DNA of 64,000 nucleotides, taken from assembly GCA_963662465.1 (NCBI GenBank), contig OY759599.1:2048001-2112000 (forward strand), in the 5' to 3' direction. The translations under genes and the position numbers were made by a program. Below the pieces are notes generated by a model, which saw nothing but the letters and a program-made list of their open reading frames with translations, did not search any database and was not told where the DNA came from. This document shows positions 59,498-64,000 of this stretch, piece by piece. Every line of letters starts with the position of its first letter. The stretch's first letter is position 1. The stretch comes from Desulfatiglandales bacterium (GTDB lineage: Bacteria > Desulfobacterota > DSM-4660 > Desulfatiglandales > Desulfatiglandaceae).

Positions 59498-62467
59498 ATG
59501 CAACCATTTGCGTTCAGGCATTATTTAATCGACAATCGTAGACCCTGTAGTAGCTCCCGCGTTACCCATATGTGCAAACAGTATGGCAAACGTACCCATT
59601 TTACTTCGTTTTTTTTCATCATCCTCCTGATCATTTCCGCCGCCTGCGGTTCCAGGTCCGAGGCTTCCACGGATAGTAGCGCGCTGGAAATCGGCCCCGC
59701 TTTTAAGGACGCGCAAATTCTTCCTCACGCAGAAGTTCTTAGAGACCCCACCGGAACGCTGTCCTATCAAGACGTCTCCTCATATCCATTTTCCGGACAA
59801 TTCGCGCCGCACAGGAGCGATACGATCAATCGGGGGCTGGATAGCTCGGCCTACTGGTTCCGGTTTCGGCTAAAAAAGGCCGAACAGGACGAAAAAGGCG
59901 GTCGGTTGATTTTGGCATTGCCCCAGCTTATTAAAGAATTGGATCTGTTTGTGCCGATCCAGGGACCACGGAAGGACGATTTACGATGCCTTCGTTCGGG
60001 GTTGAAGTATTATGGCGCCGGTGATGACCTGGGCTACAGATTCCCTGCGCTGGCGCTGCCTTGGGGTTTGCGTTACGGTTCTGAACTCTATCTCAGGGTG
60101 CGTGGCAAAATGGTCAACTTCCCGATAGTGCTTTTTGATCAGTCTGTTTTTGACCGCTTCGTAAGGTTTGACTGCTTGTTTTTCGGGTTAATCACCGGAA
60201 TTCTGGGGGCCATGCTACTCTATAACCTGGCGCTGGGAATATTCCTGAAAGACAAAGCTTACGCCATGTATTGCATCTATATCGCGAGCATGACCTGCTA
60301 TTTGGCGGGGCTATCGGGCTGGGCTCTCTGGTTGGGGCTATCCCCCGAATTTCTCTCGAATACGGTGTTGATACTCTCCGGCGGGACAATGTTTTTTGGA
60401 ATAGCCTTTTCCAGAATCTTCCTCCATACTTCCACCAAACATCGCTATATTGACCGCATTTTCTTGTTTTTTATGGGCGTAGCAATGGTCATTTCGGCAT
60501 TGTGCGTCGCAGGATTTTTCGACATCGCAAACCAAATTGCTTTTTTCACAGCGCTGGTCTTTCCACCGACCGCCATTGCATGTGCAGCTATTCGATGGCG
60601 TCAGGGGTATCGGCCCGCTCGGTATTATCTGGCGGCCTGGACATTTTTATTTGCCTCCGTCATCCTTTTTGCAGCTTGTGGTCTCGGGTTTATCGAATAT
60701 TCCTACCTCGTATCGCATGCCTCTCTGGGCATCGGGGCTGCCGCCGAATCGATTCTTCTTTCCATGGCACTGGCAGACCGCGTGAGGGAGCTGAGGGAAG
60801 AGCGAATGCGGTTGCGTGAGGCCAAAGAAAAGGCGGAAACGGCCACCGAGGCCAAGAGTGAGTTCCTTGCCAGTATGAGCCACGAGATCCGGACACCCAT
60901 GAACGCCATTCTCGGTATGGCCGATCTTCTCTCTGAGTCCCCTCTGAACAATGAGCAAAAGCACTATGTTCAGGTGTTTAAGAACGCAGGAGACTCCCTT
61001 CTCGATCTCATCAACGATATCCTGGATCTATCAAAGGTGGAAGCCGGACAGTTATCCCTGGAAGAAACCTCCTTTGATCTCCTTGATTTTGTGGAGAGGG
61101 TCTGCGAGGTCATGGCCCTTAAAGCCCACGAGAAGAAGCTGGAACTGCTGTTTCATCTTGTGTCGGGAACACCCGTTCATCTCATGGGTGATCCTGTCAG
61201 GCTGAGACAGGTCCTCATCAACCTTATGGGGAATGCGGTCAAGTTTACGAGTGAGGGGGAAATCACGCTTGAATGCGGCTTGCGGAATGCGGATTGGGGA
61301 ACCGCCTCCGACGCGGCTCAAATCAATGATCCTGAATCCGGAAGGGAAGAAGTGCTGCTGCAATTTTCAGTCCGGGACAGCGGTATCGGCATCCCCCGGG
61401 AAAAACAAGAATCGATTTTCGAAAGTTTCACCCAGGCGGATTCTTCCACCACCCGCGAATATGGCGGCACCGGCCTGGGGTTGACCATCTGCAGGCGTCT
61501 GGTGGAGATGATGGGGGGTAAAATATGGATTGAGAGCGAACCGGGGAAAGGGAGCACGTTTTTCTTTACGGCCCGGTTCGGCATTGACCGTGAGCCTGAG
61601 GAGGAAAAAGGTCGCGCGCCTGTGGATGTGAGGGGCCTGTCGGTATTGATCGTGGATGACAATGCCACCAACAGGCTGATCCTCCGCGAAAATCTCGTAT
61701 CCTGGGGTGCCCTGGTCAGTGAGGCTGAAAACGGAAAGGATTGCCTGGGGGCTATCGAGACAAGAGAAAGAGAAGGGAAACCCTTTCATCTGATTCTCAT
61801 GGACGGCAGAATGCCGGGAATGGACGGTTTTGAAACCGTCGAGGAGATCAAAATCCGTTTTGGCCACCTTATTAAGATTGTGATGCTTCTCACCTCTGAT
61901 AACCGCAGCAACAAAATATCAAGGGCCAGAAAGGCGGGGGTTCCACTCTATCTGGTAAAGCCGGTGAAAAAGGATGAACTGAAAACGGCCATTCAAACGA
62001 CCCTGGGCAGGGCCGTGTCGCCAGTCGGTAGTCCGGTGGAAGGATTTAAGGCGGAAGAGACGCTGGAGGTTCCGCCCTTAAAGATACTCCTTGTGGAGGA
62101 TGCCAAAGAGAACCGGATCATCATCAAGGCCTATCTGAAAAAGACGCCCCACAAGATAGAGGTTGCTGAAAACGGCAAGATCGGTTTGGAAAAATTTATT
62201 TCGGAGGATTACGATCTCGTTTTGATGGATATGCGGATGCCGGTCATGGATGGCTATACGGCGACCGGGGAGATCCGGAAATGGGAAGGTGAGAATCGGA
62301 AAGACGCTACGCCGATTGTTGCTCTGACGGCCCATGCGCTCACAGAAGACAGACAGAAATGCCTCGATGCCGGCTGCACTGATTACCTATCCAAGCCGCT
62401 AAAAAAGGCGGATCTTTTGAGGAAAATCCGGCAGCATTCGGGCGTCGCAGGGTCTGATAACGGGTGA
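59498..62467 (+). CDS. 7TM-DISM hybrid histidine kinase (HisKA-HATPase-REC-REC), intact; start may be 59570
   Basis: [14 protein letters not shown], 7 TM segments, [25 protein letters not shown] and two REC domains. Confidence 0.92.
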   Translation: MQPFAFRHYLIDNRRPCSSSRVTHMCKQYGKRTHFTSFFFIILLIISAACGSRSEASTDSSALEIGPAFKDAQILPHAEVLRDPTGTLSYQDVSSYPFSGQFAPHRSDTINRGLDSSAYWFRFRLKKAEQDEKGGRLILALPQLIKELDLFVPIQGPRKDDLRCLRSGLKYYGAGDDLGYRFPALALPWGLRYGSELYLRVRGKMVNFPIVLFDQSVFDRFVRFDCLFFGLITGILGAMLLYNLALGIFLKDKAYAMYCIYIASMTCYLAGLSGWALWLGLSPEFLSNTVLILSGGTMFFGIAFSRIFLHTSTKHRYIDRIFLFFMGVAMVISALCVAGFFDIANQIAFFTALVFPPTAIACAAIRWRQGYRPARYYLAAWTFLFASVILFAACGLGFIEYSYLVSHASLGIGAAAESILLSMALADRVRELREERMRLREAKEKAETATEAKSEFLASMSHEIRTPMNAILGMADLLSESPLNNEQKHYVQVFKNAGDSLLDLINDILDLSKVEAGQLSLEETSFDLLDFVERVCEVMALKAHEKKLELLFHLVSGTPVHLMGDPVRLRQVLINLMGNAVKFTSEGEITLECGLRNADWGTASDAAQINDPESGREEVLLQFSVRDSGIGIPREKQESIFESFTQADSSTTREYGGTGLGLTICRRLVEMMGGKIWIESEPGKGSTFFFTARFGIDREPEEEKGRAPVDVRGLSVLIVDDNATNRLILRENLVSWGALVSEAENGKDCLGAIETREREGKPFHLILMDGRMPGMDGFETVEEIKIRFGHLIKIVMLLTSDNRSNKISRARKAGVPLYLVKPVKKDELKTAIQTTLGRAVSPVGSPVEGFKAEETLEVPPLKILLVEDAKENRIIIKAYLKKTPHKIEVAENGKIGLEKFISEDYDLVLMDMRMPVMDGYTATGEIRKWEGENRKDATPIVALTAHALTEDRQKCLDAGCTDYLSKPLKKADLLRKIRQHSGVAGSDNG

Positions 62468-62473
62468 ATTCAA

Positions 62474-62745
62474 GGGAATCATGGGACGTCCATTTGTAAT
62501 TAAGCAACTATGATTCCATTCGCAGGTTTTCATCTCTGACAATCCTCTCCCCCTTTTTTACGGCATATGCAATGCCTTGCTGGCTCATGTATAAACGTTT
62601 TGCCATTTGAGTTCCCTCTACTCCCAATTCTCTTACCGCCCAATAGCAGAATACACTCCTTGCATCCGCTCTGACTTTCTGCCTGCTCTTTGAATACAAT
62701 TCATCTCTATCAATCCGATAAATCTCTAATACCCTCTCCTCCAAC
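62474..62745 (-). pseudogene. RAYT transposase C-terminal HTH part and element end
   Basis: ELYSKSRQKVRADARSVFCYWAVRELG...MAKRL.MSQQGIAYAVKKGE; the stop is followed by GGACGTCCCAT. Confidence 0.75.
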
Positions 62746-62802
62746 TTTTCGATGCCATAGCGGGTAAAAGCAGCAAAGAGAAGGAGGTGTTACCAGTCTG
62801 AC

Positions 62803-63114
62803 TCAATGCTGTTGTTGGGCCGTATACTCAGCCCAGGGTTTGATCTTATTCAGCATTGGACCAAGCGTTTGCTCAGCAATTTCAGTATTGTAGGCTGCCT
62901 GAGCACGCAACCAATACCCGTTGGATAAACCAAAAAATCGGCATAATCGCAAATCCGTATCAGCTGTTATTGAGCGTTTCCCGGAAGCAATCTCGCTGAT
63001 ACGCTGCGCTGGAACACCGATTTCCTTAGCCAAGCGATATTGGCTAATCCCCATAGGTTTCAGAAACTCCTCTAATAGGAGTTCGCCCGGCGTAATGGGT
63101 TCGAGTTTTTTCAT
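62803..63114 (-). CDS. higA: HigA antitoxin
   Basis: PITPGELLLEEFLKPMGISQYRLAKEIGVP..RISEI..GKRSITADTDLRL.RFFG.S..YWL..Q. Confidence 0.93.
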   Translation of the reverse strand: MKKLEPITPGELLLEEFLKPMGISQYRLAKEIGVPAQRISEIASGKRSITADTDLRLCRFFGLSNGYWLRAQAAYNTEIAEQTLGPMLNKIKPWAEYTAQQQH

Positions 63115-63126
63115 GATGCCCTCTCC

Positions 63127-63405
63127 TCAGTGGTAATCAACAATTTCCACATTCTCAGCACCCGCATCCGTCCAACAAAAGCAGACTCGTCACTGATTGT
63201 TGATGCGAATGCTGTGTTGACCCAAGCGATCGCCCTTGAGCGCCTCAAGATGATTGCCGGGTGGAACCCTCAAGTCATCAAGCCGATTAGCGATTTCGAG
63301 CTGTCTCAGTTTGCGCCGCGCGACTTTGGCAATATTCACGAATTGCCTGACACGGTGCCCTTTTGATAGCTCCTCGGTGTATGCACACTTGAACGATTTG
63401 ATCAT
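63127..63405 (-). pseudogene. higB: HigB toxin with a premature TGA
   Basis: MIKSF...[34 protein letters not shown]....ENVEIVDYH; the TGA at 63190-63192 replaces the conserved Trp. Confidence 0.88.
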
Positions 63406-63519
63406 GTAACAATTATTAACGCACAACGTGATTAACGTCAAACGTGATTATGTCGTCCCGACTAACCCCCATGCCCTGGTGGGCACAACAAAAAATTAAT
63501 TTTCTTTAATTTGGGCATG

Positions 63520-64000
63520 GAATTTGTTGAGGATCCTATCGTTATTGATAGTTATTGTCAATCAGTCTCAACTTCTCAACCTCTGACCAACCACCAAGGC
63601 TCCTTATCAAACCTCCCCCGACCAACTCGGGCCGTCTCCCTTTCGCCAGACCTTCCCTGACATAGCGATAATAGTTCTTTCTCCCATCCAATTGGCCCTG
63701 TCCAAAATAGGAAAGAACGTATTTTGTTTCCTGCCAATCACATGCCCTTTTTCCCATAAGAACACTGTGTCCGCAATATTTATACCGATCCAAACCTTCC
63801 ATATCGGTGACGAGCTTTGCCCTGAGCGGATTCAGGTGGATATAGCGGACTCATTCGTTTAAATAAACGTCTTCCTGGCAAACGATGGACTTATACCGAT
63901 TTTGAAAAAGCTGGCCATGCCGTCTATGCCCGCGGTTAAACTGTGTAGCATACCCCGTTAACAGCCGCCGCATCAAGTTGGAAAGGCCTTTATCTCCTGC
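63520..64000 (-). pseudogene. REP-associated tyrosine transposase (RAYT, Y1) core, inactivated; runs off the window edge
   Basis: LSNLMRRLLTGYATQFNRGHRRHGQLFQNRYKSIVCQEDVYLNE*VRYIHLNPLRA...RRPELVGGGLIRSLGGW; TGA at 63851-63853. Confidence 0.88.

Noticed and set aside
41666..63853. Stop-codon recoding (pyrrolysine, selenocysteine or an alternative code) to explain in-frame stops at 41666, 47071, 63190 and 63851
   Set aside because: The stops are of three types (TAA, TAG, TGA, TGA). Those that can be aligned replace Glu, Trp or Leu by single-base changes. All three codons end normal genes here. Nonsense mutation or sequencing error is simpler.

Overview
Bacterial DNA, most likely from a sulfate-reducing Desulfobacterota-type organism, judged from dsrMKJOP and the gene content. 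The left part (1-18.3 kb, minus strand) is a complex I-like operon without nuoEFG (nuoA-B-C-D//H-I-J-K-antiporter subunit), interrupted twice. An AbrB-VapC toxin-antitoxin (TA) pair sits between nuoB and nuoC. About 12 kb of defence-type cargo sits between nuoD and nuoH. The upstream half of that cargo (about 7.9-14.7 kb) is an integron-type gene-cassette array with no integrase in the window. It has an attI-like site, three clear attC sites and further degenerate ones. Its cassettes are a decayed gene, an inverted yefM-yoeB pair, an unusually large 4.9-kb SF1 helicase-nuclease gene and an unknown 118-aa gene. A BsuBI/PstI-type restriction-modification pair and two orphan antitoxins follow the array. 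Next come dsrMKJOP and housekeeping genes (AsmA/YhdP-like, RdgC-like, eno, DUF721, tRNA methyltransferase, DUF1015, amidohydrolase, M23 peptidase). From about 37.5 kb to the end is an accessory, partly decaying region. It holds a sigma54-controlled operon with a large, possibly toxin-like lipoprotein split by one stop codon, two 7TM-DISM hybrid kinases (one defective), Fic, HipBA, a TorT-like protein with an MFS transporter, a PPIase, a C45 hydrolase, and TA modules nested in remnants of a RAYT transposase and of a kinase paralogue. All family assignments come from motif recognition by eye; no database search was run.
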